DNA of 62,123 bases, counting the filler, from Choristocarpus tenellus KU-1152 (Eukaryota > Protista > Phaeophyceae): assembly GCA_964200185.2 (NCBI GenBank). It is 10 parts of 10 records of this genome, joined end to end, with 100 filler letters (N's around TTAATTAATTAA, not from the genome) between each part and the next. Parts side by side here need not be neighbours in the genome. Positions count along the whole stretch, not along the records: positions 1 to 5,013 come from CAXNAD020012163.1; positions 5,114 to 12,461 come from CAXNAD020006294.1; positions 12,562 to 20,286 come from CAXNAD020005681.1; 7 more parts are not named here. The stretch is one strand, 5' to 3'. Under the pieces are notes generated by a model that saw only the letters and a program-made list of their open reading frames with translations, was not told the origin of the DNA and made no database searches. Positions 1 to 13,398 of the stretch are shown piece by piece. The stretch's first letter is position 1. Each line of letters starts with the position of its first letter. A program made the position numbers and the translations under genes.

Positions 1-2222
1 GAGTAGAGGATTGTTTTGGGGAGAGGGGGAAAAGAGGAAGGGGGGGGGGAGGAACAAATGCGAAAAAATCGCCACCTCCGCTGACTAAGAGATCAAGGGG
101 TCGGAGTCTCAGGATCATATGGTGTTAAAATAGTGTGACCATTAAAGGGGAAAAAACCTTTGACACATACACTGTCAAAATGTTTATTGGGTAGTCACCC
201 TGTACTACCACCTGTACTACTACCTACTACTGCTCACTACAACCAACCCATTGGTATTGGACCAAGTAAGTACACCACATATGAATTGCAAAAAGTTGCC
301 CTTAAAAGGGTTAGGGATGCCACCTTATGTCCATTACATTGCAAAAAAAACACACACAAGTGTGCTGCCTGCCTGCCTGCCTGCCTGCTTGTGAGTTTCC
401 ATCACTGGCTCTTGTTCTCGAACGATTTTTTCTTTCAAGGTAAGGTAAGCATAACGTTTACCAATTCAATATTTTCATCTTACATTACATACCAGAGAGA
501 CCTGGCGTCCAAGCAGGTTCTTGGTCAACTGCAACCAGCTCCACACACACAGATCACCTGCACCAACTCTCTCTATCAACTCTCTCTACCAACTCTCTCT
601 ATCATGAGTCTGCTCGCATCTCACGCATCTCTTCAGTTTGCGTTAACCCTAACCCTAGTATACACCACACGCACTAACAACTGTCACTACTTCTTTTCTT
701 TCTCAGACACTGACCACTCTCTAGGAAGGTCACTTTACCTTGTCCCGTCTCGTCCCGTCTCGCCTCCGTTACCTCTCGGCATCGTGCGTCTGCCCGCTCA
801 CTGCCGTCTCTCTTCTCATGCGTTCTAAACATAAAAGCACGTATATATATATATATATATATATTAATTATATACATTCAGCGACTTTTACAAATATACA
901 TAAATAAAAAATGTGTGTTTTATTCAGCAGGCGTTTTGATCGACACGTGCGCCGTCGGTGGTTTGAGCTGTAAAATGTACACCAGACAAGTCACACAAGG
1001 AGAAACCACCCCAACACAGCGTTGGCATCGTCAGTTACACGATGCTTGAAACCACCCCCTACATGGCAGAACTAGGTTGAGGAGATGCACACACCCCGAA
1101 TAGAAGGAGCCGGAGCAATGAACTTCTCTTACGGTTAAATCTCATTACACCACATGCCACTTGTCATCGAATCTCATTCCGGAGACAACGCCGGTCGCAA
1201 CTGAAACGTGCGCAGACGCTGCGATAGTGATCTCTCTAGCAAATCATGGTGGGGGCCAACAAATGGTCAAAAGGCTCGTCGCGACAACAACGAGGACGGA
1301 ATTCGAACCGTATTGCCCTGGTGCAGTACGACTTCAATCATGGCCTCCAATACCGCACACCGTAATGTGTGGTACATTACACGGCTACTGTATACTGTTG
1401 CAGTACGAAAAATGGAACGGGATGTGTTTCCGTAATGTAGACCTGTGGAAATAACCCTGGAAAACCGTGGATGACCTAAGAGAAACCATACCGTGCCTTC
1501 CCAAAACGGGACTGTACTATTCAAACATGTCGGTTACACTACAAGTGTATCAACACATTTATAAAGTTATCCGTGTGCAAGTGTGCAGACACATGAAAGA
1601 GTGCGCGGACACTACGGAATCATTAATGTTAATGTTATTATTATTATTATTATTCTTGGAATTATTGGTGTGAGGGTGTCAAGATCCCAGAGCATTGACG
1701 CCATGTAATTGAAAATGGCAACACTGCAAATGGTAGCAAGCATGTCATAGATAGCTGTCACTTGTTTCCTTTTCGGGACTGATTCATGGAGATTGAAAGC
1801 GGAATGCCAAGGGTTGAGAGCAAAGGGGTATGGAGAATGAAGGGGTAGAGGTTGCCTCTTTGTCCAAGGATGACTCGCGTGGGCATGGAGGAGGCAAGAA
1901 TCTTCTGTGATTGGCAGATCGCCACAGGGTCAGGAAGACCTACTTGACTTCTCCTGAACTTGGCTTGAGGGGTAACACAGCAACGGTGGTGACTACCGTT
2001 TAGGCCACCAACTGGGAAAGTCTGCTATGGGATCAGTGCTATGGAAGCTATTTCAGATGTTCATCCTCCCCAAGGGAACCACAAGGAACAGGAGGTGTGC
2101 TGTCTTGGTCATTATTAATTTTGGCATGACCCAATTAGATTAACAACTCATGAATCCTACAAGTACCTTCTTGAATATTACTTCAAAACAGAACGTCTTG
2201 ACTCAAGTGTATCCCTCGGCCA

Positions 2223-2225
<3 letters not shown>

Positions 2226-2266
<41 letters not shown>
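2226..2266. repeat. (CT)n microsatellite
   Basis: Seen directly. Confidence 0.95.
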
Positions 2267-2271
<5 letters not shown>

Positions 2272-2757
2272 CGGAGATGCATACACTCTAGATAAGGCCA
2301 GGAACCAAAATATCACGTCACACGTTATCGTGACATTCAACATACTTAATCATTCGATTGGACTAGTGATTCCTATGCTAAGATATGTGTTGGGTCAGTT
2401 GTTGTGCTAATATGAACTATCAGCGGTGCCACAATCCTGATCATGGAACATGTTCCCCAGTCAAAACTCTCTCCCAGACGTCGCTCGATGTCTTGGAAAT
2501 GTAGATAATAGAAAGTGATGAACAAACTCAACCTTACGGGGTACAAAGTAACCTAGGTAGGCATATGACATGACCTCGCACATGACAGGTTGAGTACAAC
2601 GTGATGTAAACAAGATCAAGCAAGATTAACAAGAACAAGTGTATAACCAATAGCTCTTCTGCCAAGCTTCGACTGCCCTCGCCTGACCATACATGAGGTC
2701 ATTTACATGCCATACAATCATTCCCAGAACTCTGTAAGGTTACTTACGTACACTCAC

Positions 2758-2902
2758 CTTCGTCACCTCCTGACGAACAATGCCCTCAAAAGCAACCACA
2801 CCCGACGTACTCTTGGATAGATCGGCACTCAGCAGTTTTGAGCTCTCAGTAGTAGGGAGCTGCCCACTGTCGTGTATGGAGTTACACCATTTCTTTTTAT
2901 CA
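2758..2902 (-). CDS. Isolated candidate internal exon, unknown protein (DKKKWCNSIHDSGQLP...VRQEVTK)
   Basis: Open frame between a pyrimidine-rich AAG acceptor and a consensus AAG|GTGAGT donor. Neighbouring exons could not be resolved. Confidence 0.3.
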
Positions 2903-4993
2903 CTTGATTGAAGAGGAGATTGTGGAACCACCATACAATTGTATGATTGCCCTAGAGTAGAGAGTCAAGGAACAATCCACCTGGACAATTTCCATCAGTC
3001 CTACTCTATTTTCACTGTAGTTATTAAGGAACACTGTACCATGAAGGAAGAACTTGGCTTTACGAACTCCCTGGTGAATGGGAAGCTGCCAATTGAGCAC
3101 ACTCCACAACGATCGCATTCAAGATTTTGTCAGGGTTGCCAAGAGCGCAGCCAAGTTAGATAGCAAGATTACGTTCCCCACCAGGCAAGGGTGCGAGACA
3201 ACAGTTGAAGCCCATAATCGCACCTCACCTATGCACTCTTTGTTTTTCATCCTTGGCTCTACTCAGTCTATTGATCTCGGCCTTGAGCCCCTGATAATCC
3301 ACATAGCTTGAAGTCCAAATAGACACTCGGTTGTGCTCTAATTTCAATCCAAAATGGACCATCACTTTACGAGGTTTTTACCAGTGCATACGACTGTGCA
3401 GAGCAGGGAAGTAAAGCAGATCGACAGTCGACAGGAGAGTAGTCAGTATCCAACAATCAGGGAGTCAGCAAAGGACAACGAAAACTTGACCAAACATGTA
3501 TATTGGCTGATAATGAAGACAAACCTAGGAAACGAGTTGGCTACAGAAAACATAGACCTGCACTCGTACGCGACAGTTAAAAAGGAAGCATTGAACACAG
3601 AATCTCCTATAAACCCACTTTACAGCTTCAATCCTTGGGTTGTATCCCTCCTTTGGTTATGGATACAATGTGTATGTGGAGAGGGTGAGGGACAATATCC
3701 AACCAACAACACTCAACAGTTATGGAACACGACGTCTTTGTGAGATTGGTTGACCTTTTAAAATATTTTGACCGCTTCTGGATTGGTCGTTCCTCAAAAA
3801 TATATAATATATTTTCAAGGGTATTTATTAGTCCATGCATTACTGGATGGTGAGGAGTTGGGGTTGTTGTGTTGATGGTTTGTAAACCTGAGACGTTGAA
3901 GAACAGTACCATCATGAACTAACCCTGTTTTGAATATATTGGTATGGGACCGACCTCTGTCAGAACCAAGTTCAAACATATAACGGCCTTCGACCCGGTT
4001 TTTATCACTACATGTTGTGGCACTACCATATCGCCGACGAGACAACGAAAACAAAGAGAAACAAACAAATTCACATTTACGACGATGGTTACTTTTACAG
4101 GGGTCCTGTGATATTGATTCGGCTTTTCTCCTCACCCGTCTTCAAATTGCCAGAGGGCGTCATATTGTATTATAAACGAAGAGGTTTGAAGCAAATAAAT
4201 GGATGGTTAGAATACTTTCAGGGTGTGACAAAAATAGGCACTAAAACGTCAACAAGGATTCAAGAGATAGATGTGTGCGGCAATGACCATATCCCTGTAG
4301 CAATGATGATGTATAATCTACTATTTTGAAGGGTTCAGGGTTAGGGTCAAGATCAGGTTTAGGGGTAGGGTTAGAGTATTGTGGGAGTATCATTTCTTAT
4401 TATATTGATGTGGTTATTTCCAGATCCCTTGGGTCCTATTTGACCTGGTTGAATGAGATACCAACAAAAGTCAGAAATAATTGCGTTGGTGTGGATGTGC
4501 ATGTGGTGGTGACGAAGGTTGAAGTTGAAGGATCAGTGTTGTGGTTTTGAATCAGATATATATGCCGATGGTGAGACCTACACTGATAGTGTAATTAGTA
4601 TGAATAGTATGTAGTATTAATGAAAGTACGTTCAAGTGGTAGGTAGGAGTTATTAGTTTAGGTTTACCAACTGGACACCCAGGTGCCCACATTTTTATGA
4701 GGACACCCACTCATATCTCCTATTATTGTTGTGCATAATATATATATTTTATCTTGTGTGTTAGGATTAGGTTAGGGATACATTTTTTTCCCTGCAGTCA
4801 ACTTACTGTTCAAATCGCTGAGGAGAGAGAATTGAGGCATGTGTATTTGAGAACGCACAGCATACAATTCGCAATATCTTCTATTTTTTACTACATATTG
4901 ATACACGCAGTATTTCGTGTCATGTCTCCGTGTGGTGACCGCTCAGTACCATACAAGAAGGTACGCACTTTGTGTGTAAATAGTGATGTAACC

Positions 4994-5013
4994 GACTCAA
5001 AGTATCTGGGGGG
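4994..5013 (+). mobile_element. MITE family B terminus, truncated by contig end
   Basis: GACTCAAAGTATCTGGGGGG matches the family B TIR. Confidence 0.7.
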
Positions 5014-5113
5014 NNNNNNNNNNNNNNNNNNNNNNNNNNNNNNNNNNNNNNNNNNNNTTAATTAATTAANNNNNNNNNNNNNNNNNNNNNNNNNNNNNNN
5101 NNNNNNNNNNNNN
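5014..5113. other. Artificial contig linker (44 N + TTAATTAATTAA + 44 N)
   Basis: The same 100-nt cassette with stops in all six frames recurs at 12462-12561, 20287-20386, 23079-23178, 26073-26172, 32077-32176, 46586-46685, 52784-52883 and 58968-59067. Confidence 0.97.
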
Positions 5114-5893
5114 GGGGGTGGGGGGGCACGAGAAGGTTGAAAAGGAAGGTGCACTGGAATAATTTGGGGGGGGGGGGATTTTGTTACAATCATGTTCTGT
5201 TTTCCTGTTCCCAGCAGAAAACAAGCATAAGTTCTTTGAGAAGGTTTTTGGCTGAGGAACTCCCAAATATTTGTCCTAAGAAACGGAATCGATTCCGAAG
5301 AGTGTTGGATATCTTTTTTATTATATATTTATATATTTCTTTGTGTTGATTATCTTTTTTATTTTTGTTGTTGGACGTCGGTTAGTGGGTAGTGTCAACA
5401 AGAGACATGTTTTTGACAAGATAAGATACACCTTATATTGTGTAGACGTGTTCCATTGCCATGGATTTTTTTTTATTCAAGATTTGTTCACTCACTCCCT
5501 TGCTCTTCTCACCACATTTTAGATGTCTCACTGTCAAGGTAAATACGTTTTTTTGTTTGTTGTGTGTGTTATTATTATTATTATTATTGCTAGTGTTTTT
5601 CTATTTTTATTGAAAGAGTTGAAGTTTTGTGACCGTAAGGTTAAAATCAAAATCGGCTGCAAAAAATAATAATTTTATTTATTTTACTATTCTGCTCGTG
5701 AATGGAGTTGTCAAGGGGTGTGTCTCCAAACAAAAAAACAGTCAGTGGACAGGACGGGGTGTGTGTGTGTGTGTGTTTTTTGTTTTTTTTTAGATCAAGC
5801 GGTGTAAGGTTTCCCCCTCAATTTTACAGTTACAATCAAATTCATAGCACGATTCAAGTGTCACAGTTTCTATCATTATTATTATTATTATTT

Positions 5894-5928
<35 letters not shown>

Positions 5929-7918
5929 TGTGAATAGTTTATCTTTTTTATCAAGTTAGGGTTTATATCTGAATGGGATGGCGTGAATTGTAAACGTTTT
6001 GGGTGTGGACTAGGTTGAGGTGGTGTAACAATGATATTAAATGATATTTATAATGATAATGATAATGATTTGGTGGAGGAAATAACACAAGTGGATTTTG
6101 TTGGCATTTTCTTTTAAACCTTACTGTATCATTTTTTTTTTTTATTGTTTTGAAATACAGTAAATGGCAATGGAGAAATTTGATTGGGCTCTTCCGAGCC
6201 TCCCCCCCCCACCCCCCTCCCCCACAGACACACATCACACATGTGGGTATAAGAATGGAGTAATGGTAAGTAATTTGTGTTGATCATCGAAGTGATGGAT
6301 TGTAGTCAGTTGAGACATTTGATTGTACATGAAGCAAGACAGTTGAGGGCTCCAATTGTCACAGGAGAGATGAAATAGAGTGTTTGGTGTGGCATGGTGT
6401 GCATGCTTAGGAGAAAGGAAGACATGAAATGGATTTGGAATATCCCTTCAGTCTTTGGTGTTATTAATATTATCTTTGGTCTTTGGTCTTTAATAACTTC
6501 GTTACTGCTGCTGCTCACAGCGCCATGAGTGTTTCATGATCATGATGAAATGGAGAGCGAGCCGATGTAACCATGGTGTTCATATCATGGGTGTGATGGG
6601 TGTGGTTGCTTGTGAGGCCGTGAGTGAACAAGCTGATGAGCTGTGAAGTGAACAAGCTATCGATTTGGTCTTTGAGTGGAGCTGTGAAGTTAGTTTTTTC
6701 GAGAATCTAAAATTTGTACTTTATATTTTATTTTATTGTTACACTCTGTGGACAAGGAAGAAAAAAAAACTAAGCAGTGCCCAGGATGGAATCGGGTTTT
6801 TATTTTCACTTTACCTGGAGTATACCGGAGGGCCGGGAGGGGGCAAAGGGGGAGGGGGGTGTTGTGTTGTGGGGAGTCATCTGTGTGTGGACTGTTTTTC
6901 TGATTTTCCATTTCTGATCCAAATCCTTTTATCGTGGTATTATAGATTATATTATTATATAGTGTCACAGGACCTTCTACATCCACAGACTCTTGATGGG
7001 GGTGGCATGAATTTGAACCAATAGAATGGCATGTCGGGCTTCGCATTTATAAGCCCCTTATCAGTGTTTTGGAACTCCCTCTAGGATGCTCTCGACCCTT
7101 TGTTGACGCAGTCCTTGAGTTTGTTGGTTCGTTTCGGGTTGGGGTTAGGGTTAGGGGTAGTGACTATCAATAGGAAAAGACATCTCTTGGCAAAGGCGAT
7201 CGCCTCGATGGGATATATGGGATGTACACCTTGGGCAACGTAGTACTTTCATAGACCTGTGTTGTTAATAATACTCTGCTTTAAAAGTTAAGTTAGTACC
7301 GTGTATCTTGTGAGTGATGTAGGTGGACATTTGACGGGTGCTTTGGGAGGTTCATGTTTTGAACTGTGTTGTAGGCGTTACGGATGTTTTTTATTATTTC
7401 GGGCAATAAGAACGTACTGCTGTTCTGGATGTTTTTGTCTCCAGTGTTGTGGACATAACATAACATAACATAGTGTAGAGTATTATGTTATGTTGTTATT
7501 TTTGTTGCCCCAGATCTTTTTTTTTTTCAACAGAGAGACACTCTTGACTGGTACAGTACCTCAGATGTGGTGGAATTGATTGAAAGTGATTGGTTTGGTG
7601 GTATCTGGTGAAACTAAGACTGTCAACGGGTGATCATGATATGGTCAAGTCAGTCAGGGAGGTCAGTTACCTCCAAAACATTTAAAAAAAAATCAAGTGT
7701 GGATCAAATGACTTATTGTTCAAATTAAAAAAAACAACTGAAAATCGACCTCTAGAAAATGGTATCATTTGTCTCCAAATGTTGTGCTTGGATACATAGT
7801 GTATGTGTGTGTATGTACTCAAATTTCGTAGCAACAAAATCTACCCCTCATACATAACTTTTTTGTGGTGCATGGTAGTAATAGTAGTACAATAATGTTC
7901 CTGGTGTTGGGAACCTAG

Positions 7919-8253
7919 GTTATAAGGGCCTTCGGACAAGAATGTCCCAGAAAATTCTGGGCAAAGGTAGCACGAGGGCTCTTCTTTTTTTTTTCCTTCA
8001 ATGTGCCCTTCCAGTCGATATAGTAAATAATATATATTTTGTTCGCATTGTGTTGTCAATGTAAGCATGACTTAACAGCAATGGTCAGACCTTATCATCC
8101 CAAGCGGCCCTCGTTATTGTTAGGACTCCCTCATTTGCCCTACAGTCAGTTATTCAGTAGCTCTGACCCTAACCCTGTCTCTAAAGGTAGTCCACCCCCC
8201 AGTCCTCAATGCCTAATCACATGCATTCCAGAACTCAATATCTTGCCTCTGTT

Positions 8254-8305
<52 letters not shown>

Positions 8306-9256
8306 ACCCCCCCTATACCACCCTCTCCAACATCCCTTTTTCTTTCTTTTTTCCCCCCCCCCCCCCCCCCCACCTACTGCCCTCACATCCCTGCGAAGGT
8401 GCAGGAACTGCTGCGAGAAGTTGAGAAACAACAAAAAATCGGGGCATCCTCAGTCCAACAGAAGATGGTACCAGTGCCCCCAGTGAAGACAGAGAGTGCC
8501 ACCACCTCTCAAGTCACCACCTCTCAAATCACCAACAAACCCGCGCTCACGCTCGTACTTCCAACCCAAACCAAGAGCCCACCTCCTCTGTTGGCCCCTT
8601 TGTCAGCACCAGCCCAGAGCTCGGCCCAGAGCCCAGCTCAAGTGCTTTCACAAACCTGGCAGGCGTCGGTCCCCCACTCTTCTGCAGGTACAGCAGCCCC
8701 ATCCCGAGGCTCAGATTCGCACCTCTTACAGGCTCCTCCTGCAGATGCAGAAAAGCCGAGCACTGGGGGTGGAAGACCTAAGGGTGGTGGTGGTGCTCTG
8801 TCTCTCAGCCGCCCTGTTGCCTCTGTTACCCAGTCTTCCTCTGTCAGTGGTTCGAACATCAATCCGCCTTCAGCACCTACTTCTACCTCTCCAGTTCCAA
8901 CCCGGTGTGTTCCGCCTGCAAACTTGATACAACCAGCTCCAAGTACCCATCATGGATCGAATCACCAACCCGTTGCAGCAGCTCAGGTCTTGTACCCACG
9001 GGGAGGGGCTGCTTCAGAAAGGGCTGACATGGGAAATCGTGCTGGTTTGGGGGTGAAGGAAGAGGGAGGGATTGTCACGGGGGCAGGCAAGCCAAAGGTG
9101 ACCCAGGGGGGTTGGGGATGGGGAACGGGAACGGGAACAGGGGGTGCGGTTCAGGATGGAGGTGGGCGGGGGGGAAGGAGGCAAGGGGACCTAGGAAGGG
9201 GATCGCGAAACAGTCGTGGTACAACTGCGGACAAGGATGATTATGATATGCTGTAG
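7919..9256 (+). CDS. 3' end of an unknown gene: candidate exon 7919-7966 plus terminal exon 8399-9256 (Pro/Ser/Gly-rich low-complexity tail)
   Basis: VIRAFGQECPRKFWAK (TAG acceptor, AAG|GTAGCA donor) joins in phase 0 to VQELLREVEKQQ...DDYDML*, a 286-codon open exon after a long pyrimidine tract. The upstream exon chain is ambiguous. Confidence 0.6.
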
Positions 9257-9504
9257 TACTCGGTCCTATGTCGCGGATTATTTTGGTATTGTGTTGGATG
9301 GCTTGCTTCGAGCTACTGTGGTGTACAGTGATGTGCTGTTCATTGAACACTGCACCCGATTGAGTTTGTCGTGTTTGTGCCCTGCGTGATAAGATGAGTG
9401 AGGTGGTGAAAGGGAGTTGTGCAGTGCATGCCTGTAGTGGACTCACTTCAGCCCTTTTTTTGTATGCTTTATTGATGTATGTATGTACAGTATGTATTGT
9501 CTGA

Positions 9505-9535
<31 letters not shown>

Positions 9536-11294
9536 CTGGTGGGGGGGGGGGAGGAGGGGTACATTTTGAGGACAGCATGGAGGGCTTGAGGACACCATGA
9601 TGGAACCAAGCGTTTGGTCATAACGCAAGCGTTTTTCTTATCTGTACACTACTTTTATTTCACTACTTCTTTCACCACTTTTATCATATCGGCATTCACC
9701 TGGTCAAGGGAGTTCACCCTTGCTCAGTATACAAGATATACAACGTAGTGAAGGAATAAACACAAGCTGTGTAGAATGAGTGCTTCGTCAAAGCTCTTGT
9801 TGTATTTTCTGTTGAATTGGGAGGGTTGTGTAGTGCAGATGATTGAGGAGAGTAACTATGATGCACTCCAGTTGCTCGGCCAGAAGATGCAGGCACCTGA
9901 TCCTACCAACATGAAGCTGTGTTGAACGAAAGTAGCTTACACGAGTGATTCACATGGTTAGTTTGTGTGGTATGGAAAAGGCGTTTGGTAGGTAGCCTTT
10001 CCGTGTCATTCACACGTTATGTGGTTGGTTCTCTTGTATGCCTGTTCATCCTCCTCCAAGAAGTTGCCACCCTTATTCTATTTTATTTTATTTTTCTACA
10101 CACTGCTATATCTTTTTACTAATATTACTACAAGGAAATGCTTTACATCGGATGTTACACATTGTAGCGTGTGTGTTCCGTGTGCATGGAATGAGCTCTG
10201 CCGTTTCTTCTGTGGCTGGTCGTGAGTAGAACTACTACCATAAGATGACTGATCAATGAAAGCTGCGACAGATGGTAAAGATATTTTTGTTTTTGTGCAG
10301 GTGTGTACCGTATCTACTCAGAGTGCCAGGAGAGCACCTTGAACGAACTAGATGGGGTTTCAACTCACAACCCCAGTTTTGTCTATGCATTTACAGTCCA
10401 CTACACTTCATTATTATTTTTTTATTATTTTACGACAATAGTTGTATCTACTCCTTGTATGCACACGACACGTATCATGCACTCCTGAGTGAGTAGGAAG
10501 AAGTCAAGGTAGCCAAAGCTCTTCCTTAAAGGTTATTTTCCTCCTGTGCTATTGCATAACAGCATTGATTGAGAGTGATGTGTGACGTTATACAACACGA
10601 CTTGGAGCAACATGATACTGCGTATCATTATCTCAAACCTGTTTTTAATTTGATCAATAACCACGTCGTCTGATTTCTCATCAAGTTACACCATCCAAGT
10701 ACACGTATGCTTGGAGTAGTGCAGGGGAAGTTTTTTGCCGTTTGTTGATAAAGTCATTACCACGAGAAGGTGTTTAGAGTGTTTCCCATATTCGTGTGGA
10801 GTAGATCTGAAGAGGGATAAAGAATGGCGGCAGCACCCTTCCTCCGGCCACGGTTTTGGCTACTTCTGGATGGAGAAGTTCGCTCTGAAGTAGTGGCGTA
10901 CAACGAAGCAGACATCCAAATAGGTTTTGTTGCGGTTAGCGGAACCATGGAGTGGTTGTACAAGAAAAAGTTCGCAACTTTAGTTTGTTTTCGTATTATT
11001 GTAGATATTTTAGGGGGGTAGGTGTCTTAGCGTTGACGACATTTGACTGTTACCATTGTATCTACAGTGGTCCTCGCTGTACAGTACTGGCCCCGGTTCC
11101 CCCCTCCCCCATGACATATCTGTATAATATCAAACGGCATGATAATATCTACATATTATCATTTAAGCTTGATTGATTGATGGCTTGGTCTTTCCTATCT
11201 TTTCCCTTGTCACGCCACAGGACCACCTAGCCTAGTCTGGTTATCCTTTTACCAGTGAAGCAGATCCCCACTCACATTTTGAATGGTATTGTAT

Positions 11295-11549
11295 GTTTCG
11301 TCCATTTGAGTGGCTGAGGTATTGAATTTACAAAAGAGAGGTTCTGGGTTCAAATCCCGATTGAGAGCAATAGTACGGCTACTTTGCAACTTTGGTTCAA
11401 GTGACGGAAGGATGGCGATGTGAGGCACCCGCTTTGCTGACGCCAAGACAACCGGACCACGTTGGGTGACCTTGCAGAGTGCCTTAGGCTAGCCTTGAAC
11501 GAGTAGGAGGGAAGACTGGTCTTGATCAGGAAGTCACGAAGAAAAAAAA
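11295..11549 (+). mobile_element. Candidate tRNA-derived SINE (degenerate tRNA-Val(TAC)-like head, A-tail)
   Basis: 75-nt head 11295-11369 with an A-box-like TGGCTGAGG, a TTTACAA loop and B box GGTTCAAATCCC. About 170 nt of body follow, ending in A8 at 11542-11549. No TSD seen; single copy here. Confidence 0.4.
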
Positions 11550-12400
11550 CTTGGGCGTTTCTATTTTTAAAACATAAGGAGCACATCCATTCGCTGGACC
11601 GCACAAAACAGCGACAGGCATTTTTAGCATTTATTTTGGCATCCCCATAAGGCTGTTTTGGAGACTTCAACCATTATCTATGCAAACCATAGTGTCTCCT
11701 CAAACACCTGACAATGAGGGCGCTAATACAATGTATGAGGTGTTTTGTTGTGGCACTTATACCAACTTAGGGTCAACAGCGGCCCCTCCTCCCATACTGT
11801 GTCCACCCCTGGTTGTGAAGCGAGCAACAGAGCACCCCTACAGGCGAGGCATGTACCTAACTAAATGCATCAACCATCACGTTTCCCCCTGTATTTGAAA
11901 CAGTCGGCCGTGCCTCCAGTTCAAAGGGTAAAACATCTCAGAGTACATGTATCTTGGCAGTTAGTTCTATTGGGCTGGTTCCACTAGGCTATATGCCTCC
12001 CAAGAGATACATCAAATTCTAACCGCTTTGAAGTAATTTGTATTGTGTTAGCACACACCTGTGACGTGTTGACATAGGTTTGTGTAGTTGCTAAAAATGA
12101 TACTCACACCTACCTGTATAGGTTTATTCATAATTAAACACAACATGACCATTATGAAGGTAGGTTTATTGCCATAATAGTGATGCCAACGATGATATAA
12201 CAGGATCAGTGTAAACAATATTGTTTGAGACATCTATGTATTTTGCAATATCAAAATCTTGCAGCACCCTCATTGCAGGAGGTCGGTAGCTGCTACATCA
12301 TAGTGCTGGGGTCTGTGGCCTTGTCATGGAGTGCATACAAATGATATTCTCCATTTTTCTATCCCACTCTGTCTGCGTGAAAGGTTGACAACTAACAACC

Positions 12401-12461
12401 GATTTCAAAAATTGAGGATGGAGCTTTTCATTGAGGATGGGCTTGACCCAAAATTGACTAG
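12401..12461 (+). mobile_element. MITE family C, left TIR (truncated by contig end)
   Basis: GATTTCAAAAATTGAGGATGGAGCTTTTCATTGAGGATGGGCT is the exact reverse complement of 26238-26280. Confidence 0.75.
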
Positions 12462-13398
12462 NNNNNNNNNNNNNNNNNNNNNNNNNNNNNNNNNNNNNNN
12501 NNNNNTTAATTAATTAANNNNNNNNNNNNNNNNNNNNNNNNNNNNNNNNNNNNNNNNNNNNCATCACAACCCCACTATCACTGCAACCAACTTGCGGGGG
12601 GTACACCCCCCCCCACCCCCCAAAGATAAATATCAACTGAATCACACACACACACACATCAATAGTGTAAGTCCAACCATAACGATTCGTGTGTTCCTCT
12701 TTATTTTTCTCCATGCAACAAAAAAGAAACAAAATCTCTCATACAACCCCTGGCCCGCCTCTTGCCCAGACAGATTCCCAATACCAAACACTTCTACCTC
12801 AGTTGACCTGAAGAGACTCCCCCCTCCCCAGATGACCTACCCTTGGTGAATTTGGGGGTTGGGTATGTGTGACACATTAAACTTAGACAAGCTCATCACA
12901 CCTTTCGCTCAGCCTCTGCTAGGAGTTCATTGGCCTTCTTCATCATGGCATGCCCCTGGTCTCTCATCTGGCAGGCTGTGGTCTGTTGTAGCTCCATTGT
13001 ATTCCTGTGGAACAAGTCAAACACACAACCAGTGGGGAGGAACTCAATATCCCATCATAGCGAGGTCTTGGGCTAAGGGGCAGCGACCAGCACCACCCCA
13101 AGGCTGTATTACCAATAGCATTAACGGCATCAGAAACTCAGGCACTTCTATGTGTACTGGGCATGTCTGATATGATGTAATGTGATGTGACATCTACAAT
13201 CAAGGGGAATTGGGCAAACGTAAAAAAGACCATTTGGAAACAACTATACACACACACACACACATGATACAACAAGATTACACCCTTTGAGTCTATAGAT
13301 TGAATATCGCACTGGTGTTTGCTATATTGACAAAAAGGATCATAACCAAATTAAACCATGTCTGTCACCACTACATTCAACATTCCACTCAAGTTTAC

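Noticed and set aside
160-828. 222-aa ORF
   Set aside because: TTG start, built from microsatellites and short tandem repeats, and no recognisable motif.
1296-1366. tRNA gene on the minus strand
   Set aside because: A B box (GGTTCGAATTCC) is present, but the acceptor and anticodon stems do not form; at most a SINE relic.
5058-5069. Recurrent TTAATTAATTAA palindrome as a biological repeat or CRISPR-like unit
   Set aside because: Always centred in exactly 44+44 N, so it is an assembly linker.
8039-8398. Poly-proline (formin/extensin-like) N-terminus of the 405-aa ORF
   Set aside because: It is translation of intronic poly-C/pyrimidine tracts upstream of the acceptor at 8398.
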